Part shown: one piece after another, positions 1-9,902 of the stretch | How the letters are laid out: every line of letters starts with the position of its first letter | Position numbering within the stretch: position 1 is the stretch's first letter | Assembly: GCA_036278555.1 (NCBI GenBank) | Contig: DASUKV010000083.1 | Coordinates: 1,073-65,072 of the forward strand | Source: Terriglobia bacterium | GTDB taxonomy: Bacteria > Acidobacteriota > Terriglobia > UBA7540 | DNA length: 64,000 nt | Direction of reading: 5' to 3' | Notes under the pieces: model-generated | Databases searched by the model: none | What the model saw: the letters and a program-made list of their open reading frames with translations, nothing else | What the model was told of the DNA's origin: nothing | Translations under genes and position numbers: made by a program

Positions 1-2
1 AT

Positions 3-236
3 GAATTCCGGGTTCGGAACCGGTTTCTGATTCAAGATAACATCCGGGCGGGCGTTGCGTACCTGGCCGTGTTGATGCGTGAGTTCCACGGGGACTTGCG
101 GCTCGTGGTTGCGGCCTACTATGCAGGTGCTGGCCGCATTGCGAGGCAAAAACTTGCCTGTTCTTCGCCCGCGATATACAACTACGTCGAGCGGGTGGCG
201 GGGGAGTATCACGCGCTCGAAGCGGGCCGGAGGTGA
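3..236 (+). CDS. Lytic transglycosylase (VirB1/SLT), 3' part, truncated by the window start
   Basis: Manual translation of frame 3 gives DNIRAGVAYLAVLMREFHGDLRLVVAAYYAG...YNYVERV, matching SLT C-terminal motifs. Stop TGA at 234-236. Confidence 0.85.
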   Translation, partial: EFRVRNRFLIQDNIRAGVAYLAVLMREFHGDLRLVVAAYYAGAGRIARQKLACSSPAIYNYVERVAGEYHALEAGRR

Positions 237-239
237 AGC

Positions 240-1283
240 ATGAGATGGCATGGTCAATTTCTGGCGATGATCGTGATTGCGGCTTCCTGTTTTGCGCAGG
301 CGCCCGTCCAGCCGGTGATTGTGTCGAAACCGGAAGTCGATGGCGAGGTTACGGTTGTTGACGTTCGCCCGCATTTTGTAACCGCGATCCGCATGCCCGA
401 AGCGGTTAATTCGGTAGCCATTGGCAATCCTAAGCTATTTCAGGTGGAGCATTCTCCGAACGAGCCGACCGTGGTTTTTGTGAAGGCCCTCACGACTCAG
501 CCGGCAGAATCCAACTTGCTCATCTCGACCAGCGAGGGGCATGAAACCAGCCTGCTGGTGATGAGCCATGGGACAAGTTCCAAAAACGTTGATTTTGTCG
601 TCGAGTATAAGCGGGCCGGGAGCTTCATGATCAAGCCGGATTATCCCGCGGAGTTGATCGGAGAGACCGTCCCCGTGGCGGAGGCGCAGCACGCGGTTGT
701 GCTTGGGCGGGCGGAAGTGCCAACGGCGACTCTCAAGCCCGCATCGTTCACGATGGGAGCGCGGCCCTCACCCGAGCGAGCCCGGCCGGTGGCGCTTAAC
801 GCGCTTTTGACGCGGCAAGAGCACGCGCCGCTGCCGAAACTCTACGGTGAGCGTCCGGGCGTAGAAAACCCCCGTGGCGACCAAGTCAAAGCGGGAGTGA
901 GCGAGGTGATTGACGGCGGTGAGCAGGTCATAGTTCTCTTCAGCGCCATCAATCCCACAAAGCACGCGATATTACTCGTGCCTCCGCAGGTTCAACTGGG
1001 GGGCAAGATCCACACGGGCAAGATCTTCCGCCATTCACGCTGGACGGCTGCTGAGCAGTTGCCGGTTGAGGACTTCAGGTTGAGCACGCGGCGCCTCGCG
1101 CCTGGCGAGCGGGCGGATGGCGTGGTGATGTTCGCGCGACCGCCGTACAAGCAGTCGAGCGAGACGCTTTTCCTGCAGCTTGCCGAGGCGGGCGCGATAG
1201 ACAAGCCAGCGCTCGCGCCGATCGGGTTTGGCGTCAACAAGCTGAGGGCCGGGGAGGCAAGCAATGAACGAGCAGAAAAATAG
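240..1283 (+). CDS. VirB9/TrbG/TraK-like T4SS periplasmic core protein
   Basis: Signal peptide; 'HFVTAIRMPEAVNSVAIGNP..FQVEH...VFVKA...SNLLI' pattern; directly upstream of VirB10. Confidence 0.65.
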   Translation: MRWHGQFLAMIVIAASCFAQAPVQPVIVSKPEVDGEVTVVDVRPHFVTAIRMPEAVNSVAIGNPKLFQVEHSPNEPTVVFVKALTTQPAESNLLISTSEGHETSLLVMSHGTSSKNVDFVVEYKRAGSFMIKPDYPAELIGETVPVAEAQHAVVLGRAEVPTATLKPASFTMGARPSPERARPVALNALLTRQEHAPLPKLYGERPGVENPRGDQVKAGVSEVIDGGEQVIVLFSAINPTKHAILLVPPQVQLGGKIHTGKIFRHSRWTAAEQLPVEDFRLSTRRLAPGERADGVVMFARPPYKQSSETLFLQLAEAGAIDKPALAPIGFGVNKLRAGEASNERAEK

Positions 1284-2724
1284 TGATCTCGAGCCGGGAA
1301 AGACTGAGCACGAGAGCGAAGCGGGACGTGATCCATCCGTCGTCGGGGACGTTGAGCTTGAAACCAACGAACCCATGGACGAGGAAGATGCTGTGAAACC
1401 CGGCTTACTCCATGCGTTCCGTCGCAGTTTCGAGCGAGGCTGGCAGGCGCAGCGAGATCCGAAAAAGGACAAGAGCAGCCGTCAAGAGCTACGCAAGGAC
1501 AAAACAAAATCCCTGCTTGCGCTGGCGGGATTTGCTGGCGCGATGATCTTGATGTTTGTTCTCGTCTTCTCCTCACCCTCAAAGACGCCACGGATCAACC
1601 AACGCCCGCCCGGGACTCCCGACCTCGGCCGGCGAGTGACGCCAGGACAGCAAGCCGGGTCGCAGGAAAACGTTACGCCGCTGATGACTGTCAAGCCAGC
1701 GAGCGGGGAGACCGCAAATAACAACTTATCCACCCCGCAGGATGTGGCGCTCACGGCAACGCCAGCCCCAAGTAGCACGACTCCGCAAAGCGCGCCTCCT
1801 TCCACAGGCGCGCCCTTCAAACATACGCTCGCTCAGATTGACTTTCAGGATCAGGCTTTAGAGCAGCAATACGCTATGCATGGTACGAATCCTCCGGTGG
1901 CGAGCGCGACCGCGCCGGTTGAAAAGACCGATGACTTGAAAACGGCTTCGCTGGTTTTTGTACATGCTCGGGAGCAAGCGACAAAGGCTCGGACGTTCGA
2001 GTCAGCCGTCGAAGAGAGCGCGGTGATGGATTTACTGCCGGTCGGGACGCATCTGGTAGCGCGCCTGGAAGCTCCGGTGTCGACGGCGCTTACCGCACCT
2101 GTTGTTGCGGTGATTGAATACAACTACGAGCAAGACGGAGAAATCATTCTTGCTGCAGGAACGCAGGTCATCGGGAAACTTCGGGGAGCGACCCCGCAGG
2201 GGTACGTTTCGCTCGATTTTAACGAGTTGGAGTTTTCGGATGGAACCACGCAGAAGATTGCGGCCGACGCGATGGGGCTTGACTACAAGCCCCTGAAGGG
2301 GCATGTCACGGGGCGCAACCGCGGGCTGAGGTTCCTGGTGCAATCTCTGACCGGAGTGGGCGAGGTTGCGGCTTACATGGTGGGCGGCAGTCCCGGGAGC
2401 ACGAGCGTGTTTTCGGAAGACGCGCTGTTGCGGGAGCAGTTGGCGGCGAATATGGCGATGGCGGGCCAGCAACAATTCAATCAGCTTGCCATGACTCAGC
2501 ACATTGTGGTGACGGTGCCGGGGAACACGCGGTTCTATCTCGTTCTCGAGCAAGGTGCAACGCCCAAAAGCGCGTCCGCGACCCTCCGTCCGGTCTTGAA
2601 TCCCTCGGGCCTGCCGAACAAGCAGGAGTTGATGGAATTAATGGAGCTAAAGCGGGAACTCGCGGCAGCAGCCCAATCAGCGGGCGGCACCTCGGGCAAC
2701 GCTGTCGCGGCTTCTCGGCCTTGA
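1264..2724 (+). CDS. virB10: VirB10/TrbI-family T4SS protein
   Basis: Single TM helix, Pro-rich linker, C-terminal 'LPVGTHLVARLEAPVST...PVVAVIE...AGTQVIG' TrbI domain. Confidence 0.8.
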   Translation: MNEQKNSDLEPGKTEHESEAGRDPSVVGDVELETNEPMDEEDAVKPGLLHAFRRSFERGWQAQRDPKKDKSSRQELRKDKTKSLLALAGFAGAMILMFVLVFSSPSKTPRINQRPPGTPDLGRRVTPGQQAGSQENVTPLMTVKPASGETANNNLSTPQDVALTATPAPSSTTPQSAPPSTGAPFKHTLAQIDFQDQALEQQYAMHGTNPPVASATAPVEKTDDLKTASLVFVHAREQATKARTFESAVEESAVMDLLPVGTHLVARLEAPVSTALTAPVVAVIEYNYEQDGEIILAAGTQVIGKLRGATPQGYVSLDFNELEFSDGTTQKIAADAMGLDYKPLKGHVTGRNRGLRFLVQSLTGVGEVAAYMVGGSPGSTSVFSEDALLREQLAANMAMAGQQQFNQLAMTQHIVVTVPGNTRFYLVLEQGATPKSASATLRPVLNPSGLPNKQELMELMELKRELAAAAQSAGGTSGNAVAASRP

Positions 2725-2790
2725 AGACCGCCCGTTACATAATCTGGCAATAAGCCTCGGAATAGGCTAAAGTAAGCCCGAAGGCGCCCC

Positions 2791-4932
2791 ATGGAAACTC
2801 CGGGCTATTACCGCCGCTTTAGCCTGACATACTGGGTGTCGTGGCATGTCGCCTACAGCGCACGTCGGTTCGTGAGTGGCCTCTCGGAATCGTTCCGCTG
2901 GGCTTGGAATCAGTCGAAGCAGGATTTGAGCCGCAGGGGCTCTGCCGATCCGAAAAAGGATCGTCCTCTCCTCAAGGTTTCCCTCGCCTTCCTGCCAATT
3001 ATCGGCTTGACTATTCTTTTCCCTCGGCAGTGGTTCCTGAATATTCCTGTGCTCGTAGCGTTCCAGGTGTTTTTCTGGTGGGTATTGCTGTGGCCGCTGC
3101 GGCATGCGCCTTCACTTATAAGAAAAATTCTAAAGATTGTGGTGATGACGGGTTTGGTATTCGATGTGGAGATGACACTCAAGTGGCTGAACGATTCGGC
3201 TCCTGATCCTTTCAGATTAACCACGGGAACTGCCGCAGCACTCGCCGTGCTAGTTGTAGGACTATGGTGGGTCTCGTTTTTCTGGATCATCTTTGCCCGA
3301 CCGAAGCGCAGGAAGCAGCCGGTCCAGTTCATGGCTTCCCAGCCCGCTCAGAATGTCATGGCGCACTCGACCCCGGCGCCCGAGTCGCATGTGCCGAAAA
3401 TCTGTTTCGCCGACGTTGGAGGGATGGAGGAGGCAAAACAACAAATCCGCGATGTGGTTGAAAGCCGCCTGCACCCCGAAAAGTACGCGCGATACGGAGT
3501 GGTGCGAAATGGGATTCTCCTTTACGGGCCGCGCGGGAGCGGGAAAACCTACCTTGCTGAGGCCACGGCAGGTGAGTTTAAGCTGAATTTTCATTACGTT
3601 TCGCCCACCAGGTTCGTTTCCATGTGGGTAGGTGAGACCGAGTCCAGTCTTCGTGGAGCTTTTCTGCGTGCCTTGGTGAATCGTCCTGTATTGCTCTTTA
3701 TCGACGAGATTGACGCCCTGGGATCATTCAGGCAGAAGCTCGGTGACAGCGGAGATCCTGGCGGGGCCGGGCGTATGTACAACAACATGACCATTGAGCT
3801 GATGCAGTCGATCGACCAGATGCGGGAAGAGCCCAACTTTATTGTCATGGCGGCGACCAACTTGATTGACGGCCTCGATGAGGCGTTGGTGCGCGATGGC
3901 CGGTTCGATGTGAAAGTCAACGTCGATCTTCCCGATGAACCTACCCGAGGGAAAATCTTTGAGGCGCAGCTCTCGGCAAAGCCGTGGTTGCGCTTTGACT
4001 TGAAGGAGTTTGCGCGGCGGACGCCGGGGGCGAGCGCCGCCAAAATCCGGTCGCTTGTTGACCGGGCAGCAGTCTATGCCGCTCAAGACGATCGGAAGAT
4101 TGAAGCGCGGGACCTCGAACGGGCGCTCCAAGAATATGGCGGCAAGGACCGGCCGCTTTTCCAACCCGTCGAGTGGGATGATCTGATTGTGGACGGACGG
4201 GTTGAGCGTGAGCTGCGCACGCTGATTCGTCTGGTGGGGAATCCCTTCGCAGCGGAGAAGCTGGGACTCCAGGCGCCCATGGGCGTCTTGCTTTTGGGGC
4301 CGCCCGGCACGGGAAAAACCATGATTGGGAGGCTCATCGCCACGCAGGCAAAGCGCAGTTTTTTGCCCATCACGTCTGCTGACATCACCGAGCCTAAGGC
4401 GATTACCAAGCTGTTTGCGCGGGCGCGTGAAAACAGCCCCTCACTGATATTCATCGACGAGATGGACAGCCTGGTTCCGGCGAACCAGGGATATCTCAAC
4501 CAGTATTACGTGCAGATCGTCGAGCAGTTTCTCATCGAGATCAGCAACTTGCAACCGGAGCATAACGTGTTTCTGGTGGCCACGACGAATCATCCGGAAA
4601 ACATTGACCCGCGCATCCTGCGCGGCGGGCGGTTCTCGGAGAAGATCGAGATTGGAGCGCCTGGATCCCCGGAGACCCGCCGGCTGCTGGACAAGTATCT
4701 GAAAAGCATTAAGTTGGAATCCCCAGTGGGTCTGGATTATCTCACGGAGTGGTTTACGGGAATCACGCCGGCGAACCTTGAAGCCATGATTGCCACCGCG
4801 AAGCGGTACGCTTTTGAGCGGAGCGGCGTTGACAAGCTCGCGCCGCTTAGCCTCGCGGACTTTGATCGGGCGGCTGAGCGCGTGCTAGTCCAGGCGCCCG
4901 TCCAGCCGCGGGCTCTCTCAAACAAGGTATAA
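2791..4932 (+). CDS. Membrane-anchored tandem AAA+ ATPase (CDC48/FtsH-type ATPase domains, no protease domain)
   Basis: N-terminal hydrophobic helices; two complete AAA modules (FADVGG..GPRGSGKT..FIDEID..RDGRFD and GPPGTGKT..FIDEMD..RGGRF). No HExxH motif. Confidence 0.9.
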   Translation: METPGYYRRFSLTYWVSWHVAYSARRFVSGLSESFRWAWNQSKQDLSRRGSADPKKDRPLLKVSLAFLPIIGLTILFPRQWFLNIPVLVAFQVFFWWVLLWPLRHAPSLIRKILKIVVMTGLVFDVEMTLKWLNDSAPDPFRLTTGTAAALAVLVVGLWWVSFFWIIFARPKRRKQPVQFMASQPAQNVMAHSTPAPESHVPKICFADVGGMEEAKQQIRDVVESRLHPEKYARYGVVRNGILLYGPRGSGKTYLAEATAGEFKLNFHYVSPTRFVSMWVGETESSLRGAFLRALVNRPVLLFIDEIDALGSFRQKLGDSGDPGGAGRMYNNMTIELMQSIDQMREEPNFIVMAATNLIDGLDEALVRDGRFDVKVNVDLPDEPTRGKIFEAQLSAKPWLRFDLKEFARRTPGASAAKIRSLVDRAAVYAAQDDRKIEARDLERALQEYGGKDRPLFQPVEWDDLIVDGRVERELRTLIRLVGNPFAAEKLGLQAPMGVLLLGPPGTGKTMIGRLIATQAKRSFLPITSADITEPKAITKLFARARENSPSLIFIDEMDSLVPANQGYLNQYYVQIVEQFLIEISNLQPEHNVFLVATTNHPENIDPRILRGGRFSEKIEIGAPGSPETRRLLDKYLKSIKLESPVGLDYLTEWFTGITPANLEAMIATAKRYAFERSGVDKLAPLSLADFDRAAERVLVQAPVQPRALSNKV

Positions 4933-5236
4933 CTCCTTGTTCAGCAAGACCGTACCTCTCCAACTGCAACTGCTGCTCTCCCGTCAATCCGGTTTATTCC
5001 TCCTGTCAAACCTTTTTCGATCCTTTGCGTCTCAAGCTGAAGCAATGAGTCTGTGGCCGCGTCCGTACCCGCCTTCCACCTGCTTGATTCCCCCGGTGAC
5101 CCCATAGCCGGTTGCAGCCGCCTTGTCAGCACGGATTGTTGCGCAGAAATTTGACGAAATTCGAGGAGTGGTCTTAAGGTCGTTTCGATTGGGCCGCCGG
5201 TAAAAGTTCGAAGAAGGCGGTCCAGTCAGAAAGGAG

Positions 5237-5614
5237 ATGACCATGCGACACACTCTCAGCCAGAGCTCGAAACGGGCTCTGGCGCTCCTCGGGGTAGCGT
5301 TCCTGCTTGGCTGCACCTGGGCGGTGGGCTGGGGCTTCGGACAAAACCTGGGTACGGCCCCGCAGACCGGCGTCGCTGTTCAGGGCGAAACCGGAGCTCA
5401 GCCCGAAGGAGCGTTCTTAAATATGATCAACTGGATCGCCAACGTCATTGCCCCCATCGGGGCGGGTGGCGCGGTGGTAGGCGCGGTCGTCGCCTGGATC
5501 ACCGGCCGGGGTTTCGGGCGGTGGATCTTCGCGGCGGCGGCGCTGCTCGGCGTTTCGGGGATCACGCGGCTGCTCGAATTCTGGATCACCTCGGGGACAG
5601 GAGGTGTGACTTAA
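5237..5614 (+). CDS. VirB2/TrbC-like pilin precursor
   Basis: RBS AGGAG, signal-like N-terminus, two hydrophobic helices; upstream of virB3/virB4. Confidence 0.6.
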   Translation: MTMRHTLSQSSKRALALLGVAFLLGCTWAVGWGFGQNLGTAPQTGVAVQGETGAQPEGAFLNMINWIANVIAPIGAGGAVVGAVVAWITGRGFGRWIFAAAALLGVSGITRLLEFWITSGTGGVT

Positions 5615-5757
5615 CAAAACTGACAGGAACAGGAACTCCCGCATACGGTGTTGCGGGAATTCGGCCGGCGAGGCCGCGCGGAGCCAAGGTTTGAAGCTGC
5701 CAGGAACCGCGCGGCTGTCGGCCGGAAGTTGAATGGCTTTTGAGGCAATGAAACACG

Positions 5758-6414
5758 ATGACGACGCCCCCGCTTTTGAATGACATCATCTCGGTGCTGC
5801 TCGCGCTCTCGCTTCCGGCGGCAATGCTCTCGCTGGTACTGGCCGGGATCAGCCTGAGGAAGGAAGGCGGAGCGATCGGCGGCGGGTTTACGAAATGGGT
5901 TTTCTGGTCGGTGGTATTCCTGACGCTTGAGCCGCTGCTCAGCTGGTTCCCATCGCTCGGCGTAGCAACACCGCCGCTCCCGAGCGGAGGGATCTCGACG
6001 CCGTGGCTGGCAAGCTTTCCATTCGACATCCACACGTTTATGAACAACTTCGTAATGAGGAAGCTAGTGACGGTCCTTGCGGCCTATATGGTGCTGCGCG
6101 CCATTATCGACGCCGCGCAAGGCCAGAACCCGCTGCTCTCGATCCTGGCTGCGATGTTCCTGCTCGGCGCGCAAGGAGTGGTAGGCCTGTTTCAAGGGTG
6201 GAACACAGGGACGCCATACGCCACAGCCGATGTCCTGGCGGCGGCGTGGACTTATCTCGCCGGCACGATCATGCCGATCGCCGCGGGTCTTGCAATTATC
6301 TGGGGCATCTTCAATTTCGCCATGCACAAGCCGTGGCTGCGCATGGTGGGCGTGGCGCTCGCGATGCTCTGTGTTTCAGGCATCTGGAAACTGGTTCTCG
6401 CCATGATGACGTAA
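5758..6414 (+). CDS. Multi-TM protein built from pilin-like repeats
   Basis: About 6 TM segments; the C-terminal unit 'AGTIMPIAAG...LCVSGIWKL' resembles 5237..5614. Confidence 0.55.
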   Translation: MTTPPLLNDIISVLLALSLPAAMLSLVLAGISLRKEGGAIGGGFTKWVFWSVVFLTLEPLLSWFPSLGVATPPLPSGGISTPWLASFPFDIHTFMNNFVMRKLVTVLAAYMVLRAIIDAAQGQNPLLSILAAMFLLGAQGVVGLFQGWNTGTPYATADVLAAAWTYLAGTIMPIAAGLAIIWGIFNFAMHKPWLRMVGVALAMLCVSGIWKLVLAMMT

Positions 6415-6424
6415 GGAGGAGTGA

Positions 6425-6877
6425 GTGTCCATTTACAACGGCATTTTGCACCTGACGAACTGGACGGGCAACGTGATCATGCCGGTCATGGCGGGGCTGT
6501 TCTTCGTGGTTGCTATCGTTAATTTCTCGCGCGGCCGCGAGTACTCGCACCAGATGTACGGGGGCCTCCTGTGCCTGCTGGTTTCGGGCCTCTTGCGGGC
6601 GATGGAGACGTTTGCGGCCCAGCGAGCGTGGAATGACCCTGACGTTTATGCGGTCGCGATCCGGACGTTCGTCGATTGGACAGCGAATGTGCTGCTGCCA
6701 GTGTACGCGGCCTTGCAGGTAGCGGCCGGGGCGCTCGACATGACAACCAATGTCCGGTTTCACCACAGCGCGGGCTGGATGCGGCATTTTGCCGCGGCCG
6801 GGCTGTGCCTGATGGTTTCAGGAGTGCTGCGGCTGGGCGAATTCTTTGTGATTCACGGAACGGGTGGAATCCCATAG
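6425..6877 (+). CDS. Tandem two-unit pilin-like membrane protein
   Basis: Two copies of 'W.xNV..P....VSG.LR..E.F'; ends in GTGGIP versus GTGGVT in 5237..5614. RBS AGGAGG. Confidence 0.6.
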   Translation: MSIYNGILHLTNWTGNVIMPVMAGLFFVVAIVNFSRGREYSHQMYGGLLCLLVSGLLRAMETFAAQRAWNDPDVYAVAIRTFVDWTANVLLPVYAALQVAAGALDMTTNVRFHHSAGWMRHFAAAGLCLMVSGVLRLGEFFVIHGTGGIP

Positions 6878-6918
6878 TGGGAGGAGCGGGTGCAGAGATT
6901 TAAGGAAGGAGCTTAAGT

Positions 6919-7263
6919 ATGCCGCTTGAGGTAACGAGAGTACAGAGAAACTTGCGGATGAGAGTGCGTTTCTTTGGGCTTGAGGCGGAAGACATCTTCG
7001 TGCTGCTCGCAGTTGCGATAGCCGGACAGTTCCTGGGGCATCTCGTCAACCGCGACCTCGCGGGCTTGCCCATGTCGATCGTACTCGAGTGGGGTGTGCC
7101 GGTCCTGGCGATTCCGGGACTCATGCTCTTCAAATATGGGAAGCAGAGGCACTACTTTTCGGATTTCATCGCCTACCGCTCGAAGCCCCATGTCTACTCG
7201 GCGCACGAGGCGGATACATGGCTTACGCGGCCTTATCTAAAGGAGGACGAACCGTGGCGGTGA
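6919..7263 (+). CDS. VirB3-like membrane protein
   Basis: 114 aa with 2 TM segments and an 'FFGLE' motif; overlaps the virB4 start. Confidence 0.6.
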   Translation: MPLEVTRVQRNLRMRVRFFGLEAEDIFVLLAVAIAGQFLGHLVNRDLAGLPMSIVLEWGVPVLAIPGLMLFKYGKQRHYFSDFIAYRSKPHVYSAHEADTWLTRPYLKEDEPWR

Positions 7264-9899
7264 CGCTTGAGACCTACCACAGATCGCTTAAAGCCCCGGC
7301 GCTCGCTGAGCAGCTTAAGATCCGCGACCTTCTGGATGACGTGGCGATCCAGCTCGATGGATCGTTTGTGGCGGGCTACGAGCTTTCAGGGCTGAATTCC
7401 TATTATGCGAGCGACGACCAGCGAAACCGCACAAAGGGGCGATTGGAGGCGCTGGTGCGTTCGTTGCCAGAGCGCTCGATGCAGATGCAAGTGCGGTTCG
7501 AGATCGCCGAAGGTACAGGCGGCGTTATCGACCGCTACAAGGATGAGAACCGGAACGAGAGCCCCATCCTCCAGGCGCTCGACCGCGACCGGATGGCCGT
7601 CTGGCGCGAGCGAGACAGGGCCGGGTACTACCTGCGGCATTTTCTCCACGCCTACTTCATCTGGGATTCGAGGCTACACCATCAGCAGCGGGACTCAGAT
7701 TGGAGCCACCGGACGAGCTACAACCTGTCCGCAAAAAAGTGTATTGAGCGGGGCAGGCAGGAACACGAAGACCTGCTGGCTGGATTCAATAGCTTGCTCG
7801 CGGGAGTCGAGGCGACGCTCTATGCCGGTGGGATGGGAGCGCGCCGGATGACCCACAACGATATCTTTCTCGAAATCAAGCGGGCGTTGAACCCTTTGGT
7901 TGACGACGCGCACCCCTACCGGGAGCCAGAGCTGTCGTTGTTCCCCGAAAGCGCTCGCAGCCAGATGGCGAACGTCAACGTCGAGGATGAGACGGACGAC
8001 TACCTGAAAATCGGAGGCCTGCTCTATTCCTGGGTGACGCTGAAGGACCTGCCGGATGGGACGTTTCCAGGCGTCCTGCGGGAACTGGCAGTCATGGATT
8101 TTCCGATCGTGGTGAACGCCCAGGTGGGGCTGCCCGACCATGCTCAGGCCGTGAAGCGTTGCAAGAAGCAGTTGAGGAAGATGACGGCAGCGCAACGGGA
8201 TATTCATGGCGGCTTCCGGCTGGACATGGACGCTCAGGTCGCGCAGGGGGAGCTCATGCAGGTGCTGAACGACCTGATTTCAAGCTCGCTGCGCGCCTGC
8301 TCGGTGAGCGTGATTGTGGGTGTGAGGACTTCGCGGCCGGCGCGGAACCGCCTGGAGATGGAAGAGGCCGAACGGCAGCTCTCGGATCGCCGGCAGCGGG
8401 TGCTCCATGCGATGGCCCGGATGAACGGCGCGCGCGGCATCGTCGAAGACGCCGCGAAGAAGCGGCTGTTCTTCTCGGGCCTTCCGGCGATGGCTGACCA
8501 CGAAAACTTCCGCGAGCACGACGCGCTGACGCTCCACGCGGCGGATCTGGTCCCGGTTGAGGTTCCGTGGCAGGGAACGCCGAACTCGCCCTTGCTGCTG
8601 CTCGAGACGCCTTACCGGCAGTTGATTCCGTTCTCTCCGTTCGACGCGAACCTGAGCGACGCCAATGTCTTGATTGTTGGGGGGAGCGGCAGCGGCAAGA
8701 CGTTTATGGCCCAGCAATTTCTCCTGATGTGCGCGCGGGCGAATTCGCTGGTTTCAATTCTGGAATGTGGCGACTCCTACGAGCCGCTGGTCCGATTGTG
8801 CGGCGGGCGAGTGATCACGGTTGACCTCGAAGGAAGCGAGACGCTGAATCCGTGGGACTTGCCCCTTGGGGGGACCGAGCCCACCCGGGAGAAGATATCG
8901 TTTCTCAAGAGCCTGGCGCGGCACATGATTGGCGAGACTCCAGGCTCGGACACTTCGCTTCTGGACAGCGTGCTCACGGACGCGATTGCGAGGACTTACA
9001 AACGCAGGGCGGCGCAGTTGTCGAGTCCGATTCCCACGTTCGCGGACTTGAGGGACGAGCTCGCGCAATGGCGGGATGAGGAGCGCAACGAGCGGGCGAT
9101 GGACGAGGCACGCCTGACGGCGCTGAAGCTGCGGCACTGGACGGGTGAAAAGGGGATTTATTCCAAACTCTTCGACGCCCCGACGACGATGCGTCTTGAT
9201 AGCAATTGGCTCTTCTTTAATGTCGAGAAATTTGCTTCCGACCCGAGGCTCGAAACCGCGATGAGCATGATCATCGCGAACGCGGTCTCGGAGCGCGCCG
9301 GCGGCAAGACAGGACAGCCTTCGATTACTGTGCTCGATGAGTGCTGGTTTCTGCTGGACTCGCCGGCGCTTGCGCCCGAAGTGGTGCAACTCTTCCGCAC
9401 CGCCCGGAAGCGCAACTCGAGCGTATGGGGGATCAGCCAGGCGGTGGAGGATTTTGTGGGGACTGAGACGGCGCCGCGGCCGCATGGACCCGGAATCCTC
9501 AAGAACTCGAGCACCAAGATTATAGGCAAGCAGCCGGGGTCGGCAGCGCCGCTCGCCGAGCACCTATCGCTGAACGCGACGGCGATCGGCGAGATCAAGC
9601 AGTTTGGCCCGCCGCGCAAGGGCCAGGGCGGAGAGGCGTTGCTCGTTCTGGGAGAGAAGGCCGAGACGACGCAGACAATCCGGATTGTGCCGACACCCGC
9701 CGACTATTGGGTGGCGACGACTTTCCCGCGCGAACGCAGATACCGACACTGGTATCTGCGTTCGCATGAGGGGCGCCCACAACTCGAGCTTTACCAGGAT
9801 TTGGGGGCGAAGTTCCCACAGGGCCTCGCGGATGCGCCGCCGATTGCAGAAGAGATCTCGGGCGCGGTGGACGAGGCTTGGGCTGAGAAAGCGAGGTAA
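7254..9899 (+). CDS. virB4: VirB4 T4SS ATPase
   Basis: Walker A GGSGSGKT, Walker B VLDECW, 'FRTARKRNSSVWGISQ'. Probable GTG start at 7254 after AAGGAGG. Confidence 0.92.
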   Translation: MAVTLETYHRSLKAPALAEQLKIRDLLDDVAIQLDGSFVAGYELSGLNSYYASDDQRNRTKGRLEALVRSLPERSMQMQVRFEIAEGTGGVIDRYKDENRNESPILQALDRDRMAVWRERDRAGYYLRHFLHAYFIWDSRLHHQQRDSDWSHRTSYNLSAKKCIERGRQEHEDLLAGFNSLLAGVEATLYAGGMGARRMTHNDIFLEIKRALNPLVDDAHPYREPELSLFPESARSQMANVNVEDETDDYLKIGGLLYSWVTLKDLPDGTFPGVLRELAVMDFPIVVNAQVGLPDHAQAVKRCKKQLRKMTAAQRDIHGGFRLDMDAQVAQGELMQVLNDLISSSLRACSVSVIVGVRTSRPARNRLEMEEAERQLSDRRQRVLHAMARMNGARGIVEDAAKKRLFFSGLPAMADHENFREHDALTLHAADLVPVEVPWQGTPNSPLLLLETPYRQLIPFSPFDANLSDANVLIVGGSGSGKTFMAQQFLLMCARANSLVSILECGDSYEPLVRLCGGRVITVDLEGSETLNPWDLPLGGTEPTREKISFLKSLARHMIGETPGSDTSLLDSVLTDAIARTYKRRAAQLSSPIPTFADLRDELAQWRDEERNERAMDEARLTALKLRHWTGEKGIYSKLFDAPTTMRLDSNWLFFNVEKFASDPRLETAMSMIIANAVSERAGGKTGQPSITVLDECWFLLDSPALAPEVVQLFRTARKRNSSVWGISQAVEDFVGTETAPRPHGPGILKNSSTKIIGKQPGSAAPLAEHLSLNATAIGEIKQFGPPRKGQGGEALLVLGEKAETTQTIRIVPTPADYWVATTFPRERRYRHWYLRSHEGRPQLELYQDLGAKFPQGLADAPPIAEEISGAVDEAWAEKAR

Positions 9900-9902
9900 A
9901 GG

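Noticed and set aside
2791-4932. FtsH protease assignment
   Set aside because: A second AAA domain is present instead of the M41 protease domain; no HExxH.
7089-7253. Extended N-termini of VirB4 (similarly VirD4 from 19403, DnaN from 37092, PolB from 51409)
   Set aside because: They overlap upstream genes or are low-quality sequence; better-supported downstream starts exist.
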